A program made the translations under genes and the position numbers. Under the pieces are notes generated by a model. It saw nothing but the letters and a program-made list of their open reading frames with translations. It had not been told where the DNA came from and made no database searches. A stretch of 64,000 bases of DNA, from assembly GCF_006345805.1 (NCBI RefSeq), contig NC_042997.1, positions 147,622,001-147,686,000 of the forward strand, written 5' to 3'. Positions within the stretch are counted from its first letter, which is position 1. Each line of letters begins with the position of its first letter. The DNA comes from Octopus sinensis. Taxonomy: Eukaryota. Below, piece after piece: positions 13,040 to 26,267 of this stretch.

Positions 13040-13225
13040 CACGTTCCCACGGCTTTATCGATCGCATTCTCACCTGGAATCGATTTTTGTAATTTTTCAA
13101 GACTTATACACGCCCTAATACCGTCGGTATCTACATATCAAATTTGGCGCAATCGGATGGAGAATGCCCGAGATCTTAGAAGACACACACACAGACAGAC
13201 AGAACGGATTTTATATAATAGTTAA
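13040..13225 (-). mobile_element. 5' end of a non-autonomous Helitron-like element
   Basis: Minus strand begins ctattatataaaatccgttctgtctgtctgtgtg...ccgattgcgccaaatttg, the usual layout of non-autonomous Helitron 5' ends; resembles 44723. Confidence 0.55.
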
Positions 13226-14044
13226 ACCAAAAAGTAGACTAGAAAGAAATAATGAAGAAGAAAAATAATAGTAGTACGTGACTGATATTATGTTCATTTA
13301 TCTGAAAATAATGGGACCCAACTCCAGATATGCTTTGTGATTATTATGGTATTTTCATGGAGATATAATATTCGCCGTGTTTGTCGAAATATAAAAAGGC
13401 TTATTAAGGAAGTGTACCAAACTGCACTTTGTTTGGCATAAGAAATTATAATTATTTATACAATAAATGAGTAAAGAAAATCCTCATGGAAAACAATATT
13501 TAAAATAGTGTTAAAAGATTTAATGAAGAGAGCATTAACATATACTGAACCTTGCCTTGAAAGACCACGAAATATAAATATTCTATTTCACTGCTTTCAC
13601 TGGAGAATTTAATCCTTCCAATTGTTCCTATTTAAAACTTGGTAAATTCAACTATTTATAATATAGTGTCATTTTAAGAGTTACAAGGAACAGCCGACCT
13701 TCTAATCCGTAGCTTTATGCAAAGTTATGAAATCATTATTAAGCAGAAAAATTTTGCGAATTTTACACATGAGTATCAAATGCGTACGAAATGAGAAGCA
13801 ATACTATTTGGAAAGTGTTGTGCAGCCAAATTTACGTAAGCTAAATTTTAGATAAATACCGGTAACTCAGTGAGCTTAATTGCCTGCGTTGCTGCTGTAA
13901 CAGTTTCTAATCAGAATACGATTCTAGTTTACCAGGATTTTGTTGCTTATCGATCAAATGAAAAATGAACGCTCAACTAAACAAGAATTTGAGGGTTCGA
14001 ACCCTCTAGGAACTTTTATTTTGTTACTATTTACTTTTCGGCAC

Positions 14045-14285
14045 AGGCATAACAGTGTGGTTAAGAAGCTCGTTTTGCTACCACAACGTTTCAGGTTCAG
14101 TCCTATCGCACTGCACTTTTGGGCGACTTGTACTGTGGCTTCGGGCTGTCTACTGTGTGCATTTGATAGACGGACATTCAATGAAAGCCGGTCGTGTGTG
14201 TAAGTTTGTATGTATATATATATTCATTTCATTTCATCTAGTTTCAACTCACGAGCTGTGGCCATGCTGGGGCACCACCATTTGG
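14045..14285 (+). mobile_element. Highly decayed OK/OR-like SINE
   Basis: gtgtggttaagaagctcg..ggttcagtcc head and gtggccatgctggggcaccacc motif. Confidence 0.6.
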
Positions 14286-14335
14286 TGTTACTACATAATT
14301 TTACTTCATGAATGCTTTTTAGCTATTGACATTTA

Positions 14336-15150
14336 GTGTTTAGAGGGTTTGATGCAGCTGACTTCACCTGCACTTCCTGCCGCGAAGTTGGTTCATCTGG
14401 GACACCTGACAGGAAGAGGTCCAGCTTTATTTTGAAGACACCTACATCCACCCCATGCTGGTCTCTCAGGTCCTTCGGGAGGATATTGAAGAGATGTGGA
14501 CCTAAGCTATTGCAGTATCTTGTCCTACATCTTCATGGCAAATTTGGAGACCTTGGCACTATGAAGTGGCGCCCAGTTCTAGTATCCGTGTAACTCTCGA
14601 TGCCAAAGTTTGGGAGAAGACCTTCCAAGATCTTCCAGATGTATATTATGGCATATCTTTCTAGCCTACGTTTTAAGGAATAGAGTATTAATCTCTTGAG
14701 TCTTTCCCAATAGTATATATGCTGCATACAAGCTATCTTCTTCGTGTAGCTTCGTTGGATTGACTCAAGTTCTGAGATTAATTTCACATTGGTTGTTGAC
14801 CATAGCTGAGAGCAATAGTCAAAGTGGCTTAGGACAAGTGTCCTCCAGAGGACCATCATGGTTTCCTGGTCTCTTGTTCTAAAAGTTCTAAGAATCCATT
14901 CGGTCAGCCGCCTACATTTCATTACAAATTTAGCAACATGCACATGGAAGGTTGCATCATTACTCATGTAAATGCCCAGTTCTCGCACTAATTGTGCTTC
15001 TGGGATTGCAATCAATCCAGGTCCAGTGTATTTATTGGGTATTGCATTTAGTTCTGCATGCTGATAGCACGAAACTTGACACTTTTCAGCATTAAACTGC
15101 ATGCTATTCTTTTCAGCCCACCTGTATATTTCATCCAGCTCATATTGCAG
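14336..15150 (-). mobile_element. 5'-truncated CR1/L2-like LINE (RT C-terminus and 3' end)
   Basis: HLQYELDEIYRWAEKNSMQFNAEKC..WILRTFRTRDQET..LVLSHFDYCSQLWS..LESIQRSYTK..ERYAIIYIWKILEGL; then FKIKLDLFLSGVPDEPT after a frameshift. Confidence 0.93.
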
Positions 15151-15198
<48 letters not shown>

Positions 15199-15892
15199 AT
15201 GTGTGTGTGTGTATGTGTGTGTGTGCGCGTGTGAGTGTTGTGCGTATGTTTGTGTGTGCATGTTGTGCATGTTTATTTGTGTCTGTGTCCATATTTGCCT
15301 GCCTCATTGTTGGGCAACCGGTGTTTGTTTCTATTTTCTTAACTAAGCATATCGGCAAAAGAGACGGTTCCTAAAAGTACCAGACTTTAAAACGAACATA
15401 AGTACTGTGTCATTCTATACGACAAAACCACCCAGGCGGTGTCTCAGCGTGGCTGCTATCCAATGATTGAAACAAGAAAAAGATAAAAGATACAGAAATT
15501 AAATTCTACTGATGAACGTTCATGAGCCATAGTTCCTGAATCACTGACCGCCTGAAACAAAGCTGCAAGGAAGAGCGAATAATGCATATACACGCAAAGT
15601 CACTGGAGCATTTTGCTTTCCAACAAATTTGCAGTAAACTTGATTTAAATAGAGCCATGTAACATTCATTGCTTTCTTATCAAACAAATTTAATTGGATC
15701 TGTACCTTTCTATAATGTGTATGAAGCAATTAATATAACCGATGAATATCCATTCGCTTTCTTTCTTCCAGCTAAATTAGAAGTTGGAGCAAAGCTCGAA
15801 AGAAATCAACAAAGAATAATTTCGCAAACGCGCTTAGAATACTTGGAGATTACATAGTATAAAAATACCATATATATATATATATATATAGT

Positions 15893-16980
15893 TACGATGG
15901 TAAGTCAAAATCTATATGCACACTTGTTTCTGTAATCTATTAAAGCAACAGGAGTTGACTAAATTATACCATTGTCAAACTAATCTCATTGCTCTTCGAT
16001 GCACTTCTTCCAGCGTCTCACAAGTTTGCTTATTCTATCGGAGAAGAAGGTTTTTGGTTCGCTGTGCAGCCATTTATCCACAGCCTCCGGCGCTTCTTCG
16101 TCCATAGAGAATCGACCATTTCGTAAAGGTTGCTTGAGCTGTCAAAAGAGGCGATAGTTGGCCAAGGGCGAGATCTGGACTGTAAGCAGTGTGTTCCAAT
16201 AACTAGAAATTCAGTTTCCTAATGGGCTTAACAGTGCGAGTCGTATGTGAGCGCACATTATCGCTTTGACATACATACATACATATATACATACACGCAT
16301 ACACCCACACACACACAAACACTCACACACACACACACACACACTCACACACACACTCACACACACACACACACACACACGCACACACACAGTCCTTTTG
16401 ACAGTCGAATTGTTGCGAATTGTTGGTTTCATTTTCTTGGCCAACATTTCACTGTGGCCTACACTGGTGACTTCAGACTCTTTTCCTCGTTAATGTTGAA
16501 GTACAGGCCCTTTTGCATATCCAAAAACGTTAGCATTTTTTCTTTGGAAAATTGAGTCTTGAATTTCTTTTCCGCTAGGACACCGAATGTTCTCACTCCA
16601 CACTCTGCCTCTTGGATTCTGGCTGTAAGTGATAGATCCAGGTCTCATCTCTTGTGTCTATTCTCTCAAAAAAAGCTTTGCCTTCATCGTTGTAGAGGTC
16701 AATTAAGCGTTGACAGATCTTCACATGCTTGTGCTTATGCGTATTGATAAACTTTTTGGCATCATCTCACACAGGCTTTATAGATGCAAAACTTGTGGAT
16801 GATTTTGTAAGTAGAACCATGACTAATTTGCAGAGAAGATGCAACCTTACTGATGGTCACTCGCCGGTTCGCCAGAACCATCACTAAAGCTTGTTGAGTT
16901 TTCATATTTCTGGTGGAATTTGGTGGGCATCCTGCTGCGTCTTTTATGCTTCACCTTTCTCCGTTCATAAGTTTTTAAAA
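15893..16980 (-). mobile_element. Decayed mariner (DD34D-type) element with one TIR; transposase interrupted by a microsatellite
   Basis: LANRRVTISKVASSLQISHGS; RDETWIYH.QPESKRQS; DNVRSHT; LLEHTAYSPDLA; RRWKKCIE; terminus TA|cgatggtaagtcaaaa at 15893. Confidence 0.88.
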
Positions 16981-17257
16981 ACGTTTTTTTTTCTATATTC
17001 CATTATTATTATGTTTAAATATCTAAATATCTTATGTCCACGTATATTTTTAGGATTCATATATTTTTATATATCTATATTTTTATTTTTTTATAGATCA
17101 ACATATGTTTCAGATTGGGCAATTCTTATTTTACTACCCTAATTAAACCAGTATATGTAAGTGTTAATCGTAGTCTGCCTGATTTGAATCTTTTCTATTG
17201 TATCTATTATACTTGTCTAGTGTTTCGGGTTCGACTTAAGCCCTTATACGCTGTTTT

Positions 17258-17259
<2 letters not shown>

Positions 17260-17354
<95 letters not shown>

Positions 17355-17408
17355 TGTGTGTGTGTGTGTGTGTGAGTGTTTGTGTGTGTGTGGGTGTATG
17401 CGTGTATG

Positions 17409-17439
<31 letters not shown>

Positions 17440-17540
17440 CTATCTATCTATCTGAATACACGTACGTAGTACTTAATATGTTTGCTTGTGTGTACGCATG
17501 CTTCTATGTATGTGTGTGTATGCGTATGTGTGTGTGTATG
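17260..17540. repeat. Compound microsatellite (TA)n-(TG)n-(TATG)n
   Basis: Seen directly. Confidence 0.95.
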
Positions 17541-17934
17541 TATCGGAGTCGTTATTTTTGAATTACATGTTTTGTGAGTAAATGCTATTACGCTGGTCGA
17601 ATAGGATGCGAAAACTAAAGCAATGGTGGTTTCTGTAAATATAATGCTATTTTTTGTCGCATAATAGTATTATAGAATAAAATATGCGATCTGTGGAAAT
17701 CCCTCTACATTTAAGATTTCGGTTTGATTTGTGTGGACGCTTAATATGATATTTTATTGATAGTTTGCTTGAATCGGAAACTTTGTATTGAGGATAATTA
17801 TGCGAGGCAACTAAGGTGTGCATCATTTCAATTGGGAATCTTTCAATAGTTAACGGGCTCTTCAAAGGAACTTTAAGTAGTTTTATGAAGTATGAAATAT
17901 GTATGATATAATGATTAAAGCTCGGATTGCATTC

Positions 17935-18350
17935 AGCAATTCCTGATATCCATCCATCTTCTTCACCCACACGTGGGGACTGTGCCCGCAGGCACCTCAT
18001 CCAAACGGTCCTACCAAAAGTAACAGTCATCATAATTTCCAGGTGGATTTCCTACTATGACTACTGAGACTATGAATATTACTCAAGTACCTCGTTTTTG
18101 GTCTACCTCTGGATCTCTTGTCGGTTGACTCAGCTTGAAGAATCAGTTTTGCGATTGTTCCCTACGACCTTCTAATCACATGTCTGTAGTACTCCCAGTG
18201 AGGAGAAGATGCGATTTAATTTAGAGAGACTCCTTAATCTCCACTCTACGCACCCTATCGAGTAACGTTACACTGGTGATCATTCGGGGCACTTCATCTA
18301 GGCCCTTCGTATTCTCGATGGTATTTTTTCGGTCATATTTTAAATTAACA
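17935..18350 (-). mobile_element. Decayed RTE/RTE-X LINE 3' fragment
   Basis: SVTLLDRVRRVEIKESL..LILQAESTDKRSRGRPKTRYLSNI..GRTVWMRCLRAQSPR. Confidence 0.75.
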
Positions 18351-19034
18351 CCTGCTGAATTTTCGTTCAAATAATTTTTCTATTAACGTGAATATAAAAC
18401 GCATTTCTTGATTGCAAATATACCTAATTAGCTTCAAATTTCCATTATATAGTACAATGTGTGTTGAGGTAAATGTATCAGAATTTTATAGATCGATTAT
18501 ATGCAGCAGTCAGACAAAATTCATACCACCTCTCAAATCAAAGAACCGTAAATAGAAAATATGTTCTCATTAGTACTAAAAACAAAGCAAAAATAAAACC
18601 ACAAATCACTTCAATAAGAATAAAATTCTGTAATTATGAAGTAAATTAAAAAGTATGCAACAACAAAATAGAAATTCTTATGTAATTGCCAGACAATTAT
18701 ACAACAGGTATTTCGTATTAACGGTCACAACATATATGATTAACTGGAAATGCGATGTAACAATCGTGGGGGGAATGTTATATATTCTAAAACTCTGTAG
18801 ACGGATTAAAACAAAACAATGTCTGACATTTAGCAGTTAAATTCCGTTAATTGGTGAACATATTCACAAGTGCAAGAAATTATATAACTATTGATGTGTA
18901 TGCAAGACCTTACGCATTAATATAGACAAATTCATTTAAGCGTAAACGGCTCGATCGGTGTTAAGCAATATATACTTGCGAATACATTGTTAGGTAAGTA
19001 CATATTGTTCACGAAATTTCTAATTTAAAGATAA

Positions 19035-19330
19035 CCCGCACACCACTCTCACCTACCCCCCACTCCAACACCACTACATCACACCGTACACCACCATACC
19101 ACACACCACAACACCACACACCACCATGCAACACCACATAACACCACCCCGAACAGACTAGCACTGACCACTTTCCAGAACCCACACCAGCGCACACACT
19201 AGCACTGAGCACTTCCCAGCAACCTACACCACCATCCCCACACGTCTATACATGCACACACGCACAGGTCAATGTTACCAGACTCATTCCATACGCACAT
19301 ACACGCTCTCACATACACACGCATGCGCAC
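19035..19330. repeat. CA-rich imperfect (CACCA)n-like tract with a ~40-bp tandem duplication
   Basis: actagcactgaccactttccag / actagcactgagcacttcccag repeated. Confidence 0.8.
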
Positions 19331-19339
19331 CTTCGTTTT

Positions 19340-19585
19340 GGGATCACCAATACTATATTATATCCCCTTCTTCCTAGCTTTCATGTGTAACCCCGCTGTA
19401 GGGCATTCGGCATGATAGATCGCTAGCCACTAAACCTTTTTTCTGTTTTCTCTCCCTGTTTATTTATGTATTCCCTTCTGTCAAAGAGCGTAGGCTCGAA
19501 ACGTAAAAGACTTTCTCACTTCCCAAGCTTTAAATAATACATCTGTTTGTTGTTTACACACCTGTCTTTATCTTTTTTTTGTAAA
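19340..19585 (+). mobile_element. Penelope-like terminal (pLTR-type) fragment
   Basis: Motif gagc-gtag-gctc-gaaacgt resembling PLE terminal motifs; next to a long TA tract. Confidence 0.5.
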
Positions 19586-19589
19586 TTGT

Positions 19590-19865
<276 letters not shown>

Positions 19866-20146
19866 AGTGTCACTGGTAAAGATTCTTGTGGGCGGCGAAC
19901 ATAAAAAAAGTTTCATCGTACCTGTAGGAAGAACATTAAACAAATGTACAACCCAGATGTGGATAATCTAGGACCTAGGTTTCAAAATTACGTTTGTTAA
20001 CATAAATTCGATTAGTTCTCTTCGGCTAGATTCGCCTAAATAAAATTTCGAATGTTACTGCAGCAGTGCCGGCATACTCCTCTGAACGCCTGGCCGTTAA
20101 CAGACCGAGAAGAGTGAAAATGTTTGGTGTACTGCTGTACTACTAC

Positions 20147-20189
<43 letters not shown>

Positions 20190-20192
<3 letters not shown>

Positions 20193-20480
20193 GATCACCG
20201 TGACCGTGACCGACCAGGCCATCCGAAGTTGCAACACATCGCTGGTCACAATGCGCTTCGCATTGTTTTAGCCTTCAAATGACGCCACCCCGCTGGCCAA
20301 GCGAGCAGACCAACAGAAGAAAGTGAGAGAAACTTGTGGCGAAAGAGTATAGAAGGGATCGCCATCACCCCCTTCCGGAGCCTCGTGGAGCTTTAGGTGT
20401 TTTCGTTCAGTAAACACTCACTACGCCCCGTCTGGGAATCGAAACTGTGATCCTACGACCGCGAGTCCGCTGCATCTCCA
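20190..20480 (-). mobile_element. tRNA-derived SINE, separate family, between TA tracts
   Basis: Minus-strand head gcggactcgcggtcgtaggatcacagtttcgattcccagac with B-box-like gtttcgattcc. Confidence 0.75.
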
Positions 20481-20482
20481 CA

Positions 20483-20524
<42 letters not shown>

Positions 20525-21395
20525 CATACATAACTTCTAATAGATGAAATATTCCATCATATCTCTAAAGAGTTGGCTCACTACTTATGACTGTAACTGT
20601 AAAGCCATGTAAATATCTTCGACAAATTACAAAACATTTGCCACTATGGATTATGTTTTTCTATGTATTGGCTCTTCACTCTCGGGCAAATTTCATGCAT
20701 ATTGCTGTGCCCAACCCAGTGCTACGGAAATTCTTTAATTTGCAAAGCATTGGCTTGGGTACAGATACTGCCTAGCAATTTCTTTTCCAGCATCGAATTT
20801 TGAGCCGATATCCTGTCAGTTTTTTAATAGTTCTGGTTGGATAGACATCGGATACTTTCTGTATTGTATACATCTTTAATTTGCTTCCGGCAATGCATTG
20901 CTATTTTTGCTCTGCTATGTTTTAAGAAAAGTGGTAGCGTCACCTTCACACAGTAAATGAATTTCATGAGGTATATTATTATTTGTTCCATGAACATCAT
21001 TTTAGTTACATCAATAGAGAGTTTTTTTTCCGTGTCATGACATTTCTGCGATTATGTGGCCATTGGATCATTCCTGTTGGGGAAGTTGTAATTGCACAAA
21101 AGAAGTATAGAACAGTGTAGATCTAGATTCATTACTACTTTTATCAGTGTAAGACTAATTTACCATCGTGAATTTATGTACTAGGTGAACGATATGATGT
21201 ACATATTAGAACATATATATATATATATATAAGGATAATATCGATATTTAAATATCGATATTATCAAGTGGCCAGCATGGGAATAAATACCATACAAAGG
21301 TAATAATTATCCCATGGTGCGATATGAACATTTTAGTTGGTTTTTACAATCAGGGTTTCACTGCTATTTCGGCATGGTGGTGTTCTCAGATACCC

Positions 21396-21503
<108 letters not shown>

Positions 21504-22006
21504 ATATATACATAATGTAGTTGTTGTGCCCCTTCATTTGCTGCTTTTGTATACACTGATGGAGAAGAGATACTTCGGAACAGACGTTATTTTAACGAGA
21601 TACACATTTGTAATCACCCAAGGAGACACATCTACACCAATCAATACATCTAAACACGATCATCACTGTCCCACCTGTGATGGATCAATGCTAGATGGGT
21701 CGAAACAATTGTAGTAATCAATAAACTGTCTCGTATCATCAACCTTTCTCATTAATTATATATCTGTGTATGTGTGTGTGTGTGAGTGTGAACGTATGTG
21801 TGTGTATGTATATACGCATGTATGTATATGTATAGACAGACGTGTTTCTCTGTATGAGTTTATATATATATATACACATACATACATACATGTGTATATG
21901 AATATGTGTGTGTGTGTTATCTATCTATCTACCTATCTATATTCACCCAGATATAAATTTATACAGGCGTACTTATACAGTACGTATACATGTAAGTATA
22001 CATATA

Positions 22007-22058
<52 letters not shown>

Positions 22059-23269
22059 AGTGTGTGTGTGTGTGTATGTATGTATGCGTGTGTGTATTTA
22101 CAGACGTGTGTTTATGTAGGACCAGAATCACAAGTGCATCTAGTCTTTTAATGATTTAGAAATGGTAGTTTTGAAGTCTCACATACCTTAGGTTATATAA
22201 TCTAAAATACAATAAACGTCATGAAATAACGATTCGCAGTATTAATCTTTTGTAGAATCTCCATTTAAGTATATAACAACAGCAACAACCACATCAATAA
22301 AAAACATAAATAACAACAATATTGTTAAGAATACAAATACTCTTAACCAACCATAAGTAAAATCAATGAGCCTTTTGTTTGTTTGGTTGGTTTTTTTCGT
22401 TTGCATAAGTTATTGCTTTCATCGCGTATCTGTATGCAGACATCTTTTCATTGTAATTGAGGGAAATCACACCAAAATATTCAGAAATAAATAGTAACTG
22501 ACCATGATAAAAACAAATATTTACCTACAAATTACTGATGTTGAAAACAAGGAAAATAACAAAAATAGACGCGAAGAGATTTGTTTAATGAAAAGAATCC
22601 TCAGAAAATCATTCAGATATTTGAAACAAATGTTTGACTAAGTTACGAAGATAATAACTGACATTACACGAAGGAAATCAGATATTTAAAAGTTAACCAA
22701 AATGATACTTACTTTTCTAACATACACAATAAACCAAAAGTCATATTACAACATCAAATATAGTAATTGAATATAAATATATGATGGATCTCCGTCGGTC
22801 GACGATAAAAAGTCAGCTGTTTAATCAACGGAATTAACGACTTCTGAATTAACGTTTAAGTGGCAGTGAGATACTCAGCTTCGTATATACTAAACGTGTT
22901 AAGTAGAATCGGCGTGTTGAAGTGTATAACACGGTTATATCTTTTGAATCACAGGTACAACTGCCCCACGGGATTTTTTACAATTTCTGCTTGTCCATTT
23001 CCACTCACAAGGAATGGGTTGACCAGAGACTATAAAACTGATATCCTTTCAAGATGGCAGGCGGTAGAATCGAACACTGTACATCGTAGTTGCGATGCGA
23101 TCTTCTTAACCATTCTGCCATATTTATCTTCCACATACATGCACACACATAAAAACGTATATATGTCTACACACACATACACACACTTGCGAATTATACC
23201 TAAACTGATGCATATGTTTCATAATTATTTCATTATCTGACACAGGTCATTGAATTCCCATGTGTTGGC

Positions 23270-23580
23270 AGAGTTATTGTATATATTTCTTCATATCTAT
23301 GAAATTTCTAGCAAAGCGGTGTCGCTGAGTTATAGAAGGGAGGCAGACAAACTCTTTGTTTACGGAGAAAACGCCATGGACAAGAACAACGTGCACAGAT
23401 GGAGAAGGAGGGAAATTTAATACTGAAGATGCATTACGAGGTGGGTTGTAGGGCAGCTCACCAGTAAATGGACGAATTGATTCATGTGGACAAATTAAGA
23501 GCAATTCAAGTAATTGTTGCGGACTTGGACTATAGTCACAATGCATTACAGAAGATGGTGAGATAGTGCAAGTCTTAGGG
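23270..23580 (+). mobile_element. Mariner transposase N-terminal (HTH) remnant
   Basis: LFVYGENAMDKNNVHRWRR..NTEDALRG..DELIHVD..IVADLDYSH. Confidence 0.75.
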
Positions 23581-23609
23581 TGTTGGCAAACGTGAAAATT
23601 GTCAACCAT

Positions 23610-23984
23610 TTGAACGGACCTAACGTAGGTAGTCTGCTCTGATTTGCTGGAACCGTTTGAAGACAACTGAAGCGTTGTCTCCTTAATCGTGCCCCTTGCA
23701 AGTTTCTTCTCGTTGATTCACAGGAGAAGCAATTTTTCCATCTATTCGTGGACTGATGTACGTTGCTTAGAGCGCATGAAGACACCTTTTGCTGTTGTAA
23801 CGGCCATGATCTCGTCCTTTGTCTTCGGGGTTGTGCAGATCGTCGACGAGCTTCGTTTGTAGTGACGTGCTATGTGCACTACACGCATTCCTCTCTCATG
23901 TTTATCAATGATTTCCTTCAATTAAATCTCAATCAGCTTTTTCTTCTCAGCATTGTCCTTTGCACCATCCTTCTTAGGACAACT
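23610..23984 (-). mobile_element. Tigger/pogo transposase N-terminal remnant (Psq and CENP-B HTH)
   Basis: PKKDGAKDNAEKKKLIEI*LKEIIDKHERGMRVVHIARHYKRSSSTICT..AKGV..EKLLLL*INEKKLARGTI. Confidence 0.85.
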
Positions 23985-24109
23985 AATGACTAACACAACT
24001 AATTATTATAAAATAGCAGCTAAAAACGTACAAAATTAAAACAAAAACAGTGGTAAAAACACAACAGGGATATATATATATATATATATATGTATATATG
24101 TAATAAATA

Positions 24110-24356
24110 CGCCCTTTTAAAGCCTAGCCAGTCTCATGGGCCCGGTTTCCCGGTATCTATGGCGTATGTGTTCTCCAGCTGGACGGGATACCAGTCCATC
24201 GCAGCGTTACTCATTTTGGCCAGCTGAGTAGATTGGAGCAACGTGGAATGAAGTGATTTACTCAAGAACACAACGCGTCACCTGGTCCAGGAATCGAAAC
24301 CACAATCATACAATCATGATGCTGACACTCTAACCCCTAAGCCACGCGCCTCCACT
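24110..24356 (-). mobile_element. tRNA-derived SINE with V-domain-like core
   Basis: Head ggcgcgtggcttaggggttagag..gtttcgattcctgg; core gcgatggactggtatcccgtccag. Confidence 0.75.
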
Positions 24357-24414
24357 ATATATATATGTATATCAAATATATATATATATATATATATATC
24401 AAATATATATCAAA

Positions 24415-25320
24415 TAAAATGAGACAACAGAGCCAAGACGATGTGGATTTTTAAGGACGTTTATAAAGAGAAAGTTAGTCTTACAGCTGTTTCTAGGATA
24501 TTAAGGATTTCCCTTCATGAGAGAGTTAACTAAATAGAGTTCAATATAAGGAGTTCGTTTGGAAAAAGATGCATATAGGAAGTATAAAGGGTATTCTGGA
24601 TACCAATACTTCTTATATATATTCAGGATACCAATACCTGTCATATTCTTTCCTTCTTTCTATCAGCCCTTTCACGCTTACTTCGTTCATTCCACTCTTC
24701 GTTCTTTCGTTCCCCTTGTCTCACATTTCATTGCCTTCTCTTCATGTTCTTCCCTCCCCTTTTCCCTTCACTGTGTCCCTGTCATATTTTCTCGCCTCCC
24801 CCTATTTCTTCTGTCTCTCTTCCTCTATCTCTTTTTCTTCTCTCCCCACGTGACCGGTGTTCGGCCAAGCCTGACCTTTCTTTCCTGGTTCGGCCGCTGT
24901 CCGTGCAACATCTATATTCTTCTCTATGCCTGTGAAATCCTCTATCCCTGCCGTAAGGCATTACTTCCACACACGCCAGCTTAATTTAATTCGTCCTTAG
25001 TCGAAAGACACCTATTGTTATGTCCTGTTATTTGTATTTGTGTAACCTCCGTTTTATTCCGTCCTTGTTTTCGTATACATTTGCTGCTTTCTTCCAAGGA
25101 ATCTAATGCTCTTAGCTTAGTTTTTCTTTGGGGCTGGCCAGATTGGAGCAATATCGAGTATAACCAACTGAAATTGCAAAGATAATCTGGAACTCGATTG
25201 AGGAAAGAAAACTCTGAACGACCTGTCCTTGTTTTCTTTGTATCGTCTATCTGGATGTTTTCTTGTCCCTTTCTTGTATCACCTAACTGTCTGGTTGTTT
25301 TGCGTTCTTGTCCCACTTTG
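24415..25320. mobile_element. ~900 bp non-coding element with imperfect terminal inverted repeats, TA-flanked, Penelope-like; carries a hammerhead-like motif
   Basis: Left end aaaatgagacaacagagccaagac vs reverse complement of right end aaagtgggacaagaacgcaaaac; same terminus recurs inverted at 58603-58715. Confidence 0.6.
24474..24530 (-). ncRNA. Minimal type I hammerhead ribozyme-like motif with a G5C core substitution
   Basis: guuaacucu-CUCAUGA-agggaaauccuuaauauccua-GAA-ACAGCUGU-A/agacuaac; palindromic stem III. Confidence 0.55.
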
Positions 25321-25424
25321 TATATATATATACACACGCGCATGTATAGATATAGACAGCGTAGTCAAGATAAGCCGCCAGGTTCAATTCGTAAAAAGAA
25401 TTTCATATAATTATTATTATTGTC

Positions 25425-25610
25425 CTTAAGGCGGTGAATGGGCAGGATCGTTGGGACGCCGAACATAATGTTCAGCAGCATTTTGTCCATCGTTACCTAT
25501 TCGCTGCAGTCAACGTCGAGTTTGCCTCCATCCTTTCAGGGCTGATGAAATAAGTGCGGTCTAGCACTGAGGTCGATGTAATCAACTTATCCCTCTACCA
25601 GAATTTAAGG
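25425..25610 (+). mobile_element. Decayed SINE of the gcctttcatcctttcggggtcgataaa-core family (Meta/Nin-like core, uncertain)
   Basis: Colinear with the 27-31 kb copies. Confidence 0.65.
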
Positions 25611-25802
25611 TCATTTGTTATAAGGGTTATTTTTATCATCTTCATCAGCAGCAGCAGCTGAAGTATCTGTTGCCCCGATATCCTGATAATCATTGCTTTC
25701 ATCGCATTCATTCCGTGATGTGTGTGTGTGTGTGTATGTAAATTCATACACTACATGTCTCCACATCAGCACACACACACACACACACACACATACACAC
25801 AT

Positions 25803-26267
<465 letters not shown>

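Noticed and set aside
20600-20950. Faint pogo/CENP-B-like translation on the minus strand (MLEKKLLG..)
   Set aside because: Too few conserved residues to call by eye; needs a profile search.
25190-25235. Possible second hammerhead on the plus strand (UUGAGGA..GAAC..GUC)
   Set aside because: Lacks C3 and A15.1 and stem II is weak; too degenerate to support without a consensus.
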